Source of the DNA: Ignavibacteriota bacterium | Lineage (GTDB): Bacteria; Bacteroidota; Ignavibacteria; Palsa-1295 | Direction: 5' to 3' | NCBI GenBank assembly: GCA_963787835.1 | Contig: CAWBEI010000002.1 | Coordinates: forward strand, 928,001-992,000 | Length of the DNA: 64,000 nt | Shown here: in pieces, positions 21,301 to 29,262 of the stretch | Layout: every line of letters starts with the position of its first letter | How positions within the stretch are numbered: position 1 is the stretch's first letter | The notes under the pieces: generated by a model | What the model was told of the DNA's origin: nothing | Databases searched by the model: none | The model's input: the letters and a program-made list of their open reading frames with translations, nothing else | Position numbers and translations under genes: made by a program

Positions 21301-21428
21301 AGACCATTCTCCTCTAAAAGTCCCTGATACGTGAACCCACCGGGCACATCTGCCTGAGCGGATGGAGTGCCAAAAAAGAGTGCGGCACCAAGAGCAAGAC
21401 CCATTAACCACGAACGACGTGATTTCAT
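15378..21428 (-). CDS. Giant secreted Gly/Thr/Asn/Ala-rich fibre/adhesin-like protein (2016 aa)
   Basis: Signal peptide (..PSAQA/DVP), FTYQG...SAPYA N-terminal domain, beta-strand repeats, YadA-head-like A.A.G repeats; AAGGAG SD before ATG. Confidence 0.85.
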   Translation of the reverse strand: MKSRRSWLMGLALGAALFFGTPSAQADVPGGFTYQGLLEENGLPLPDGTVTLTITLIDQSTSSPIYTETIPSVTVAGGIFNVVIGGATAPFPAGVTFNSQYLMQVVVSTPGGLTTLAPTELWSAPYAVNAGAVNGIQASPVPVAGDLFPVPIGEGYEGTAKLDPGFLPKGIPNNLLATGTINTINGQGPDANGNFVIQGTAPITVTTVGNTVTIGGASGGVSSLTAGGGLVENASTGAVSISIGPGAITGQMIPPGAVTGQKISGIAGIGLLQDAAGLLDVNVDNSTIGVTGVANGNYLYILPGGIGSVQLANGSVTNAKLQNSTIGATSNGSINLGGWPVSLGGSGSISLNTNNANTWTVGQSFNGITNTGAISTGTLSSTGNITDGGNLTVTGTSTLGATTVGALTTTSITNSGGISTATLTSSGNITDGGTLSTGGAITDGGALSTAGNITDNGNLTVGGTTNLTGNTTVVGSLTTNGITNTGAISTTGNITSTTGNITATTGNVTAGGNLSVGGTSTLSGNTTVGGTLTVTGLFTVNGIQDNGILNSTGNSNIGSGANTVNTFGNNSGDVNSIGTGIGAVNTIGASGGSNTINGTNTVNGNSTFNGTASFGANNVSGSNFTITGGTINNTSVGATTPSTGAFTTLGSSGNSNIATGNGLTNTFGNGTGATNTIGGGAGTTNNIGVGANTTNTIGYGDDNLAETGNFAVNDLNGKVVIDGGSTTDGTKLVVDGVPTLVGAVPSGGYEVVVNGDVNVSGTFTTNAFSATTIEAQNGYFHNLGGYVPGTPINVVDDILGSYAAPGAPGVPGAGLATHMNNVIIGNTVPAAAWFTTLASSGNTTLATGAGTTNTFGAGTGAINTFGNSTGTNAINGTSTVTGITNINTTGTALTTIGAGTNQTWLDINGVVTAWAGAGTLPAAPFALNNFEAVIAGDEEVTGTIYSATVDAGNVWAALLSAPNIAFNNAQSYTANTSMTFNVNGNTTVPTVTINGTSANGIYAEQINGGAAAGSNGVQITGGAGGGGTGLNIDPFGTGIAINATTTGINITGAPTSISASALITTLTNVNTGGVSNSTATTGLYQIGGTTVLSNPGSLNILVGALATATGGSNAVFGYDAAGGSTSDNVAVGAFSSSTGGSAVAVGFDAYATANSAVSVGQNADASGVQSSAIGATSSASNINATALGEGAGASGSGSTALGEAAGASATNSTALGAGASVSTANEIQLGNTGVTLVHTSGSYTGLAQGSLLGQAANAGTALTVANNGNSNALVVTGGEQINATGTQNALTIATTGTGTYDVTGTGNTWNVSPTGSANFTHIGLATPGTGAFTTITSSGASTIGTGAGLTNTFGAGANATNSFGTGTSAANTIGNSGGTNAINGSNTVLGNTTINTTGNFTTAIGHPGTSNWWITAAGVANFTTSAAAPQIYFNTADPYTPGGSMTMDGSTTTGGTPVLTVNAIPATSFGEQINVAGVTGGIDITGAPTGEGIELTAMGTSTGVNYDGSTGTGIGFNYSGGATGTGVNVAFSGTGLGVQASVNGAGSYTGAAGSVAIVGLQNSAGAPAAGVMGLNGVTVPSNDAIGSGVYGETNQEEGEAVGGINSGTGSYGIGVFGYVPNTTAFAAGIYGLDGVTAAANNYGVLGTTNASFALPTNIVNAANMGFSDIAGTYAVAADNTANGGTALRAQANGGGNVTAISATATTNAGNTAVAGAFNAAGGGTNITGITASVDGSGTLSNIGANITSSGNGSVGVNVTSGANTGVQVDASSNTGNGVLVNNVLSNSNGVNVNFSNPVTSAVGLNVNMINGTGAGNSGLRVQNVNSATSVGALVEMTAGTGVDVRMGGAGTGETIEGVGAATGESVTGITGGTGIDISPSVSGIGIMAEGTGSTATVALEVGNAAAGVGGNVVSGTNGNTGQAGNPQDAWTDTYVLTAADQAAGNTEIQIYNTLVRSNSSILITVEASTAGPNGLVSVGNDASNGSGFDTGHFDVYTTAAQFGTGTFKIHYQIVNH

Positions 21429-21929
21429 ACTATCTCCTTGAGATTAAAAAAAAAGTTGTAACGCTAGCAATAAGTTAAAAAAACAATTTGCCATCTGCAC
21501 CGTGTGACATCACTTTAAGGTGATGATGTAACGGCACAGACTTCAACGCATTTCGGGAAATGTGCCGAAGCTGGCAAGAAAAAAAATTTTCAATAAAACC
21601 CGTTTTGGCCTGTCACGAAGGCCGGACGGTGCCGGGAGCATCCCCAAAGGATTGCCATCCTGACTCGGTGGAAACCACTCCAGAATCGTCGAAATCTGGC
21701 CTAAAACGCCATTTTTCACACGTGGACGACCCTCTTAAAGAGGCATCGCCGACCTGTCTGTGCAATTCCATTGGTACGAATATATGGAAAAAAAATGGCT
21801 CATGCAAGAAATCCGATTTTTTTAGCCACAAAAATTGTAGCAGCCCGTTGGCTCGAACAATCTCCTGAAGCGCCTATTATTTCCGAAGTCACGATAACTA
21901 TATCCCAGAACCTACCATTCCCTGAATGG

Positions 21930-22175
21930 CTATATAAACGCGAATGCGACAGAGCATCCGAACAGCACCAAAGTTATTACCCGGAACGCAAGCTGCCATT
22001 TGGCAATGGAGGCAGACTCGAATTCGGCCAATTGGCCAGCCAGGTAAACGCTTTCAAAAAAAGCTAAACTCCCGATACCAAGGAATAGTGCGATAAGCGC
22101 TATCCGAGGAATTAAGGCATTAATAGCAAGCCCAAATACATATAGAATCACCAATAGATTCCACTTAAATTGCAA
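21930..22175 (-). CDS. Small hypothetical membrane protein
   Basis: 81-aa hydrophobic ORF co-oriented with neighbours; TTG start. Confidence 0.45.
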   Translation of the reverse strand: MQFKWNLLVILYVFGLAINALIPRIALIALFLGIGSLAFFESVYLAGQLAEFESASIAKWQLAFRVITLVLFGCSVAFAFI

Positions 22176-22204
22176 TAAAAACCCATTTTTTCATACACTA
22201 TCCA

Positions 22205-23041
22205 TTATTCCCCTGATATTTCCAGCGGCTGGCCAGTAGGTATCCCATCCACGAACAGCCTAACGAAGAACACCCCGGAACTCGCAAGAGTCAGGCTGAC
22301 CTCCTGGTTTCCTGGGTTAAGTTCACCAAGCGAGAGCCGCTTCACTTCCTGCCCCAGCGCATCCGTGATGGATAGTACGCCTGTGCCTGCCACCGGAGCG
22401 TTCACCCGTACTCGGGTTCCAGAAGCATGGGAGAATGGGTTCGGATAATTCATCAGCATCGGCTGTTGGTTGCTTGCGCTTTGGCCGACCGATTCCGTTA
22501 CCGAGCCCTTTTGAACCAATACGATGGCATCGAGGAAGCACGAATCCGCCCCATGCTGACCGGCATTAGGATTGGAGCCTACCGAAATAACTAACGCATT
22601 ATACCCTACGTATCCCGTATCGGGAACATGGATAGTTGTCATGTTCTCCACGAATTCCGGCCCCGATTCAATGATGTGAACCGTAGGGCCCAATACCGGA
22701 GTACCGGAAAAGTTATAATATTGGAATTGAATGTCCATCGCACAGCTATCGCTCGACTCGCGGCTCCAATAGACTTGCATGGTCGCCCCGGTATCAAGGG
22801 TCACCACTTGATTGCCATACGCAAATTGGACTGCAACGTAATCCGATCCACCCATGCGAGCTTGCGATGTATCCGGCAGCCCTTTAACAGAATCCAAATT
22901 ACTTGCAGGAACGACGGAAAACACGGAGTCGATTGGAATGGAATTGTACGTCAGAGTATCATACGTCGCGGTTTGCGCCGCAGCGCGCGTTCCGAATGCG
23001 AGAAGAAGAAGAAGTCCGAAAAGCAGAGCACGGAGTTTCAT
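22205..23041 (-). CDS. Secreted protein with T9SS type-A C-terminal sorting domain
   Basis: Signal peptide MKLRALL..RAAAQ; NYPNPF...DALGQEV...SGVFFVRL. Confidence 0.8.
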   Translation of the reverse strand: MKLRALLFGLLLLLAFGTRAAAQTATYDTLTYNSIPIDSVFSVVPASNLDSVKGLPDTSQARMGGSDYVAVQFAYGNQVVTLDTGATMQVYWSRESSDSCAMDIQFQYYNFSGTPVLGPTVHIIESGPEFVENMTTIHVPDTGYVGYNALVISVGSNPNAGQHGADSCFLDAIVLVQKGSVTESVGQSASNQQPMLMNYPNPFSHASGTRVRVNAPVAGTGVLSITDALGQEVKRLSLGELNPGNQEVSLTLASSGVFFVRLFVDGIPTGQPLEISGE

Positions 23042-23147
23042 GGTCTTGAATACATTTATTTGGTGAAGGACCCGATCATCCATTACAAAGTTACGACAAA
23101 GAGGCAAACGCGAGCGCAACTCACTCCGTTGCAGTGGACTGTAGTAC

Positions 23148-23657
23148 CTATGCATTTGTCTTCATCATGCGCGGGAAGATCTCCCGAAGCCGTGTACATT
23201 GTTCGGCCATCTCTTCGCTTACGATCTTCACATCGGCAAGGATAGGCATGAAGTTCGTGTCGCCATTCCAGCGAGGAACGATATGCCAGTGCAGATGCGC
23301 GTCGATGCCGGCACCGGCGGCGCGGCCAAGGTTCATTCCAATGTTAAATCCCTGCGGATGAAATAGTTCACGCAGTGCGCGCTCGCAGGCCATCAGCAGA
23401 TCGAGCGTTTCTATACGTTCGCTTCGAGTTAAGGATTGAAGATCGGCCGTGTGCCGTGACGGGATCACCATCAGGTGGCCGCTGTTATATGGGAACCGGT
23501 TCATCACCACGTACGCCTCGTTGCCGCGATAGACCACAAGGCTGGCTTCATCGTCCGGCAGATTCCAGGCATCGCAGAACACGCAGCGATCCTCAATCGC
23601 TTTATTCGCGAAAGAAGAAATGTACTGACTGCGCCAGGGCGAAAATAATTTTTCCAT
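23148..23657 (-). CDS. HIT family hydrolase (Ap4A phosphorylase-like)
   Basis: CVFC, NRFPYNSGHLMV, AGAGIDAHLHWHIVPRW. Confidence 0.92.
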   Translation of the reverse strand: MEKLFSPWRSQYISSFANKAIEDRCVFCDAWNLPDDEASLVVYRGNEAYVVMNRFPYNSGHLMVIPSRHTADLQSLTRSERIETLDLLMACERALRELFHPQGFNIGMNLGRAAGAGIDAHLHWHIVPRWNGDTNFMPILADVKIVSEEMAEQCTRLREIFPRMMKTNA

Positions 23658-24646
23658 TAGCCTTCCCCGGCGGGTGCAAGTGGTTTTTCGCGGCGTTTAC
23701 GTAAAATTCGTTCCATCACCTCCGGCCCGAGCAAACCCTGCGGACGTGTGATCATCAAGATCACGAGCAACAGCGAATAAATGATCATGCGATAGCTCGG
23801 CACCGAGCGCAGAAGCTCCGAGAGCGTCGTCAGCACGATCGCTGCAAGGATAACGCCGATCGTCGAACCCATGCCACCTAAAATCACGATCACAACAATA
23901 TCGATCGAAGTGAGAAAGGTAAAATCGAGCGGGGTAATATTATAATTCGAGTGCGCGAAAAGTCCACCGCCCATTCCGGCGAAGAACGCGCCGATCACAA
24001 AGGCACGCACTTTAAACTTGGTCGTATCCACACCCATCGCTTCGGCGGCTACTTCATCATCGCGCACGGCGAGAAATCCGTGTCCGTAGGTGGAGTTCAC
24101 CAAATTCTCCACGCAAAAGATCGTGATGGCCGCAATAATGAACACCCATGTGAACGTCGTGAGTGGGAGCACGCTGAATCCGCGCGCGCCGCCAATGTAA
24201 TCCACACCATCGATCTTGAAATCGACGTTCTGAATAATGACTCGAATGATCTCATTGAACCCCAGCGTGACAATGGCAAGATAATCGCCGCGCAGACGCA
24301 AACTGGGAATTCCCACGCCGAGCCCCGTTACCGCCGCCAGCGCACCACCGGCCACCAGCGCAATGAGAAATCCAAAAATTCCCATCAAGCCATCCATTGC
24401 GTAACCGTGCGTGCTGAGATAGGTTGTTATCACAGCGGACGTGTATGCTCCCACCGCCATGAACCCTGCATGGCCCAGTGAGAACTGCCCCGTAAACCCA
24501 TTGATGAGGTTCAGGCTCACCGCCAGCGAGATCATGATGCCGATATAGATAATGCGGCCAACAATATAATCGTTGATGAACGGCGTGACGAAGGATACGC
24601 CGATAATCACAGCGATCGCAAGGAAAAGCCAGCGGTAGGATTTCAT
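23657..24646 (-). CDS. livM: Branched-chain amino acid ABC permease
   Basis: GQFSLGHAGF, LRLRGDYLAIVTLGF, GGMGS. Confidence 0.9.
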   Translation of the reverse strand: MKSYRWLFLAIAVIIGVSFVTPFINDYIVGRIIYIGIMISLAVSLNLINGFTGQFSLGHAGFMAVGAYTSAVITTYLSTHGYAMDGLMGIFGFLIALVAGGALAAVTGLGVGIPSLRLRGDYLAIVTLGFNEIIRVIIQNVDFKIDGVDYIGGARGFSVLPLTTFTWVFIIAAITIFCVENLVNSTYGHGFLAVRDDEVAAEAMGVDTTKFKVRAFVIGAFFAGMGGGLFAHSNYNITPLDFTFLTSIDIVVIVILGGMGSTIGVILAAIVLTTLSELLRSVPSYRMIIYSLLLVILMITRPQGLLGPEVMERILRKRREKPLAPAGEG

Positions 24647-25551
24647 CAGACTTTCTCCACCTCCCGCTTCCCTAACAACCCGCTTGGCTTGAAGACGAGG
24701 ATCAATATCAATATTGCAAACGCGATGGCATCTCGATAGGTAGAAGCTGCTGTGCCGGAGACGAACGTCTCCACCAGTCCGATGATCATTCCGCCGAGCG
24801 CAGCGCCGGGGATGTTGCCGATGCCGCCAAGCACGGCGGCGACGAAGGCTTTGAGTCCTGGCAGGATTCCCATGAGCGGTTCGATGCTGGGATATTCTGT
24901 ACCATATAATACCCCGCCCGCGCCGGCAAGCGCGCTGCCGATGATGAAGGTGAAGGTGATCACTCGGGAGATGTTAATTCCCATCAAGCTTGCGGCTTGC
25001 TGGTTGTAGCTTACGGCGCGCATGGCCGTGCCGATCTTCGTTTTCATGACGATCACGCGCAAAAGAAGCATCAACACGAAGGAAACACCGATCACCACCA
25101 CTTCCACGGTGCCGATGGTAAGGTATTTCGTATGCACGATAGGATTATTCGGAATGATCGCTGGGAACCCGCGAGGATTTGCAGTAAACACAAGCTGTCC
25201 GGTGTATTCCAAAAAAAGCGAGACGCCGATCGCTGTAATCAGCACGGTCAGCTTTGGACGCTTACGCAAGGGGCGGTAGGCAAGGAACTCTATCGTAGCG
25301 CCAAGCGCGGCGCAGACGGTCATCGAGATGAGGAACACAAGGATCGTTGATTCGACACTTCCGACGGGAAAGAAATGGTTCACCCAGCTCGTTGCCGCAA
25401 AATACCCGACATACGACCCGATCATGAACACATCGCCATGCGCGAAATTGATGAATCGCAGCACGCCGTAAATCATCGTATAGCCGAGGGCGATCAGCGC
25501 GTAGATCGCGCCGAGGGAGATACCGTTTATTAATTGCTGGAGGAATTCCAA
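24646..25551 (-). CDS. livH: Branched-chain amino acid ABC permease
   Basis: YALIALGYTMIYG..INFAHG, KAFVAAVLGGIG; TTG 25551 start preferred. Confidence 0.9.
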   Translation of the reverse strand: MEFLQQLINGISLGAIYALIALGYTMIYGVLRFINFAHGDVFMIGSYVGYFAATSWVNHFFPVGSVESTILVFLISMTVCAALGATIEFLAYRPLRKRPKLTVLITAIGVSLFLEYTGQLVFTANPRGFPAIIPNNPIVHTKYLTIGTVEVVVIGVSFVLMLLLRVIVMKTKIGTAMRAVSYNQQAASLMGINISRVITFTFIIGSALAGAGGVLYGTEYPSIEPLMGILPGLKAFVAAVLGGIGNIPGAALGGMIIGLVETFVSGTAASTYRDAIAFAILILILVFKPSGLLGKREVEKV

Positions 25552-25558
25552 AGGAGTA

Positions 25559-26141
25559 GAACCGGGATTACGCGGATGGAAGGGGATTACGCGGACGATT
25601 AAGAGGATTATGTAGCTTGGGAATGTTTGGTTCAAGCATCGGAGCTTTGGAATTGATCATTCGCTTAAATTCTAAACTCGTTGATCCAAAATTAATTAGA
25701 AGTCCTACCCGAAGTTTGTACGCTTCCAGATAGTTCTTCGCTTGTGCGAGATGAATGTCTTCCAAGGCAACCACTGCTTTTAGCTCAACGGAAACGCGCT
25801 GTTCGACAAGAAAGTCCACTCGACGAGATCCTACTATCTGTCCTTCATACCGAATCGGCATTTCGTATTCCCGCAAAAAGTTAAGACCTTCTTTGGATAA
25901 TTCAATGCCCAATGAGTTCTGATAAACAACCTCCTGAAATCCACAGCCGAGATTGCTATGCACTCGCATGGAACATCCGATGATCCGCTTCGTCAATTCT
26001 CCATCTTCAAATTGAGAATCACTTCGCCGCTCGCTTGAAAGGTTACTATCCCTCATTGGTAACTTTAAATACGAACATTAAATAAAAATCAAATCCAAAA
26101 ATCGTCCGCGTAATCCCATTTAATCCGCGTAATCCTGGTTC
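25559..26141. mobile_element. Candidate minimal mobile element: 42-bp terminal inverted repeats around a GxxExxY gene
   Basis: 25559-25600 and reverse complement of 26100-26141 match at 38/42 (GAACC.GGATTACGCGGAT.....GGGATTACGCGGACGATT); interrupts livK-livH. Confidence 0.65.
25568..26056 (-). CDS. GxxExxY protein (PD-(D/E)XK nuclease superfamily)
   Basis: LGCGFQEVVYQ, RRVDFLVE...VELKA, H.AQ..NYL, GLLINFG. Confidence 0.92.
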   Translation of the reverse strand: MRDSNLSSERRSDSQFEDGELTKRIIGCSMRVHSNLGCGFQEVVYQNSLGIELSKEGLNFLREYEMPIRYEGQIVGSRRVDFLVEQRVSVELKAVVALEDIHLAQAKNYLEAYKLRVGLLINFGSTSLEFKRMINSKAPMLEPNIPKLHNPLNRPRNPLPSA

Positions 26142-26147
26142 AAACCC

Positions 26148-27338
26148 TTATGGCTGAAACGGCGTCATCGCCTCCCCATTCGGCCCTATGCGCTGGGCGA
26201 AGTGGAACTTTCCATTCGTGATCTTGATGATCGTGATCGGCTTCGAGGCATTGCGGTATTTGTCGATCGTGATGTTGCCGGTTACGCCGGGGAAGTTCGT
26301 CGTGCTGGAAATGGCTTTCATCAGCTTGGTCGAGTCTGTCGAGTGCGCGCGGTTCATCGCATCCACGAGAATGCGCGTGGCATCGTATCCGAGCGCCGCC
26401 ATGGCATCGGGAACCGCATGGTATTCATCCTGATACTTTTTGATGAAGCTCTGCACCGTGGTATCCGGATCTTCCGTCGAAAAGTGATTCGAGAAGAACG
26501 TGTTGTTGAACTGCTGCTCGTTGCCTTTCGTGAGTTCGGGGGAATCCCAGCCGTCGCCGCCCAAGATGGGGCAATCGATGCCCAGCTCGCGCGCCTGACG
26601 CACGATGAGCGCAACCTCTGTATAATATCCCGGCACAAAGATGACTTCCGGATTCGCGCCTTTGATGCTTGTGAGCGCCGCGTGGAAATCCTTATCGCCG
26701 GAAGAATACGATTGCTCGCTTACGATCGTACCGCCATTGAACGTAAAGGTATTCTTGAACGCATCATCTAAGCCAACGGAATAATCCTGCTTGACATCCG
26801 TAAGAATCGCCGCGCGCTTTTTGCCGAGCGAGTTCATCGCGAACCGCGCCATTGTCTGACCCTGAAACGGATCGGTAAAGCAGATGCGGAAGATATAATC
26901 GCCCTTTTTCGTCACGTCCTCGTTCGTCGAGGCGGGCGTGATCATCGGGACGTGCGCGGACTGGCAGATCGGCGCACCGGCCATCGAGCGGCTCGAAGCC
27001 ACTTCGCCGAGCACCGCAACCACGCGGTCCGAATTCACGAGCTTTTGCACGCTTGCGACCGCATCTTCGGTTTTGGACTGATCGTCCTCGGTCATCAGGT
27101 CGATCTGCTTGCCGAGCACGCCGCCCGCAGCATTGATCTCGTTGATCGCAAGCACATCGCCCTGATGCACCGACTGCCCGAACGTAGCCGTCCCGCCCGT
27201 CAGCGAGGCGAACTCGCCCACGCGGATCGTATCGCCGCCCGGCCCGCCGGACTTTTTGCAGCTAACGAACGTCAGCACCGCGCACAGCGCCGTTAACGCA
27301 ATGAAATTGTTTCGATTAAGGTAAGAAATGGTCTTCAT
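26148..27338 (-). CDS. livK: Branched-chain amino acid ABC substrate-binding lipoprotein (LivJ/K family)
   Basis: Lipobox FVSC, EINAAGGVLG, YIFRICFTD, GGDGWD, GYDA; ATG 27338. Confidence 0.85.
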   Translation of the reverse strand: MKTISYLNRNNFIALTALCAVLTFVSCKKSGGPGGDTIRVGEFASLTGGTATFGQSVHQGDVLAINEINAAGGVLGKQIDLMTEDDQSKTEDAVASVQKLVNSDRVVAVLGEVASSRSMAGAPICQSAHVPMITPASTNEDVTKKGDYIFRICFTDPFQGQTMARFAMNSLGKKRAAILTDVKQDYSVGLDDAFKNTFTFNGGTIVSEQSYSSGDKDFHAALTSIKGANPEVIFVPGYYTEVALIVRQARELGIDCPILGGDGWDSPELTKGNEQQFNNTFFSNHFSTEDPDTTVQSFIKKYQDEYHAVPDAMAALGYDATRILVDAMNRAHSTDSTKLMKAISSTTNFPGVTGNITIDKYRNASKPITIIKITNGKFHFAQRIGPNGEAMTPFQP

Positions 27339-27431
27339 AAGTGTAAATGGAATGTGTGGTCGTAATTTCCTTAATGCAAAAATACGATTAAATATGGGAG
27401 GGGCGGGGGATTTGGGTATGAGAGAAGGTAC

Positions 27432-27469
27432 GGGTGACCATTTTATCGACGCCGATAAAATGGTCACCC
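27432..27469. terminator. Perfect 17-bp hairpin (probable terminator or palindromic repeat)
   Basis: GGGTGACCATTTTATCG-acgc-CGATAAAATGGTCACCC. Confidence 0.55.
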
Positions 27470-27492
27470 CAGAGAAAGCTATCATTCTTGAG

Positions 27493-27693
27493 TTACGGCA
27501 TGTATAGATCACCGTTCTCAACCCAGTAGAATTTCCCGTCAGGCTTTCGAACTGCGGTTGTTGTCCAGGTTTCGAAACCGTGAGTTTGCAATGCGAAGCA
27601 GATGTACATGACAGATCCTGCGTCCGTGCTTGTGATGCGACCGTAGTGTTTCCCATCGCGCCGCATGTCGATAATTTGGAGTTCTTCTTGCAT
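27493..27693 (-). CDS. Small hypothetical protein divergent from the XRE gene
   Basis: 66-aa ORF from ATG 27693; no recognisable motif. Confidence 0.5.
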   Translation of the reverse strand: MQEELQIIDMRRDGKHYGRITSTDAGSVMYICFALQTHGFETWTTTAVRKPDGKFYWVENGDLYMP

Positions 27694-27733
27694 GGTTTTA
27701 ATTTGATTAAAAGTGGAGTTTGAAAAAATGAGT

Positions 27734-27794
27734 TTCACATATATGTGAAACATGAATTCCGAAGGGACGTTCCCCGATTTCACATTTAAGTGAA
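27734..27794. promoter_or_regulatory. Two TTCAC-N6-GTGAA operator boxes
   Basis: TTCACATATATGTGAA (27734-27749) and TTCACATTTAAGTGAA (27779-27794) upstream of the XRE gene. Confidence 0.7.
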
Positions 27795-27824
27795 TTTATT
27801 TTTGGTTGAGTGGGTTCGAGGGGT

Positions 27825-28055
27825 ATGCCATCATCAACCCGACTTTTTCAGCAAAAGCACAAGGCGCTTATTAAGCGACTGGAGGAAGTTTTGGCTAAGA
27901 AGGAATGGACTCAGCGAGACCTTGCAAATGCCACCGGACTGAAAGATTCTGCAATCAGTCGAATAATGCATGGTAATGCGAATCTTACATTGAAGACGAT
28001 TAGCTTGCTTGAGGATCGCTTGGGGGAGCAACTCATCAATGTTTCAGAAGTATGA
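27825..28055 (+). CDS. XRE/Cro-family HTH regulator (controller-protein-like)
   Basis: WTQRDLANATGLKDSAISRIMHGNANLTLKTI; GAGGGG SD. Confidence 0.85.
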   Translation: MPSSTRLFQQKHKALIKRLEEVLAKKEWTQRDLANATGLKDSAISRIMHGNANLTLKTISLLEDRLGEQLINVSEV

Positions 28056-28125
28056 CTTTATACGTTGTGAAGATTTTTCTGTCCGCTCTTGCGTTCTCCA
28101 ACTTGAAGGATCAATTTTAGCAGGC

Positions 28126-29262
28126 ATGAAAAGTCTTAAGACTCTATCTTTATTTTCTGGAGGGGGTGGGCTTGACCTCGGATTTGCCGCGTCCGGCTTC
28201 AAAATACTGGCATGCGTAGAAAAGGATCCATATTCGTGCAACACGCTTAAAATCAATGCTGGCCGAAGAAAGTTCCTTGACAAACCATTAATCATTAATG
28301 AAGATATAACAAAAGTAAACGGCGCCTCAATTATTAAAACCCTTGGACTTAAGGTGGGTGATCTTGATCTAATAATTGGTGGGCCACCATGTCAGGCGTT
28401 CTCGGTATTTGGCAGGCGAGCGGGACTTTCTGACCCGCGAGGAAACCTAATTTGGGAATACCTTCGATTGATTCGAGAAACGATGCCAATGAGCTTTGTT
28501 CTGGAAAACGTTAGTGGGCTTAAAACAATAGATGACGGAAAGCTTTACCTTCAGCTCCTTGAAGCTTTAACGTGTGATGGTCAATACACTGTTTCGGCAC
28601 AAGACTATCACGTTGCTAATTACGGAATACCGCAATTTAGGCATCGGGTCTTTTTTGTGGGTCATCGGAAGGGCAAAATACTTCCCCGCATGCAAGAGTC
28701 GCATGGCGACTCCAATCTATTCGGAGGACTGATTCCATACGTTGCTTCAGGAGATGCGCTCAGGGGCTTACCGAAGCCTGGACCGTCTGTTGGCATAGCG
28801 AATCATATAGGACGCTTGCACAGTCCAGTAATAGTGCAAAGATATCGAGGCCTCCGATTCGGTGAAAGAGATCCAAAAACGCGAATCAATAAGCTTGATC
28901 CAGAAAGGCCAAGTTTTACCATAATAGTTGGATCAGACGCAGGTGGAGGAAAAGGACATGTCCATCCTTATCAGCCGAGAGAGGTCACACCGCGAGAGTC
29001 CGCACGCATGCAGACTTTTCCCGATTGGTGGGAATTTTACGGTCAGGGCCGACACGTTATTAGGCAAGTTGGCAATGCAGTACCTCCCTTATTCGCGGCC
29101 CAACTGGCCCAGCATCTTCTCAGGCACTTTTTTGGGGTAAGAAATACCCTAAATTATTCAGAATTAGTGGAGCTACTTGAGTTAAATTATTTAGAAAAAT
29201 GCTCACCGACCTCTTCAGCCACAAAATACATTCGAGCACGGAAACGTGGCCAGATAAGCTAG
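28126..29262 (+). CDS. DNA (cytosine-5)-methyltransferase
   Basis: Motifs I FSGGGG, IV GGPPCQ, VI ENV, VIII PQFRHRVF, IX RESARMQTFPD, X QVGNAVPP. Confidence 0.95.
   Translation: MKSLKTLSLFSGGGGLDLGFAASGFKILACVEKDPYSCNTLKINAGRRKFLDKPLIINEDITKVNGASIIKTLGLKVGDLDLIIGGPPCQAFSVFGRRAGLSDPRGNLIWEYLRLIRETMPMSFVLENVSGLKTIDDGKLYLQLLEALTCDGQYTVSAQDYHVANYGIPQFRHRVFFVGHRKGKILPRMQESHGDSNLFGGLIPYVASGDALRGLPKPGPSVGIANHIGRLHSPVIVQRYRGLRFGERDPKTRINKLDPERPSFTIIVGSDAGGGKGHVHPYQPREVTPRESARMQTFPDWWEFYGQGRHVIRQVGNAVPPLFAAQLAQHLLRHFFGVRNTLNYSELVELLELNYLEKCSPTSSATKYIRARKRGQIS

Noticed and set aside
15494-21411. Numerous antisense and alternate-frame ORFs over the giant gene and over the kinase-like gene (31125-32477)
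   Set aside because: Shadow ORFs expected from GC-rich repetitive codon usage; no recognisable motifs.
15378-21428. Prophage tail-fibre locus
   Set aside because: The protein has a Sec signal peptide and there are no phage structural, lysis or integration genes nearby.
21560-22067. ORFs in the leader of the giant gene
   Set aside because: Overlapping short ORFs on both strands with no protein-like features; more plausibly non-coding.
27339-27656. ORF-track N-terminal extensions (livK; similarly livH, 48642 lipoprotein, MTase, MFS 3333)
   Set aside because: Extensions run through repeats, hairpins or neighbouring genes; signal peptides and family N-termini begin at later starts.
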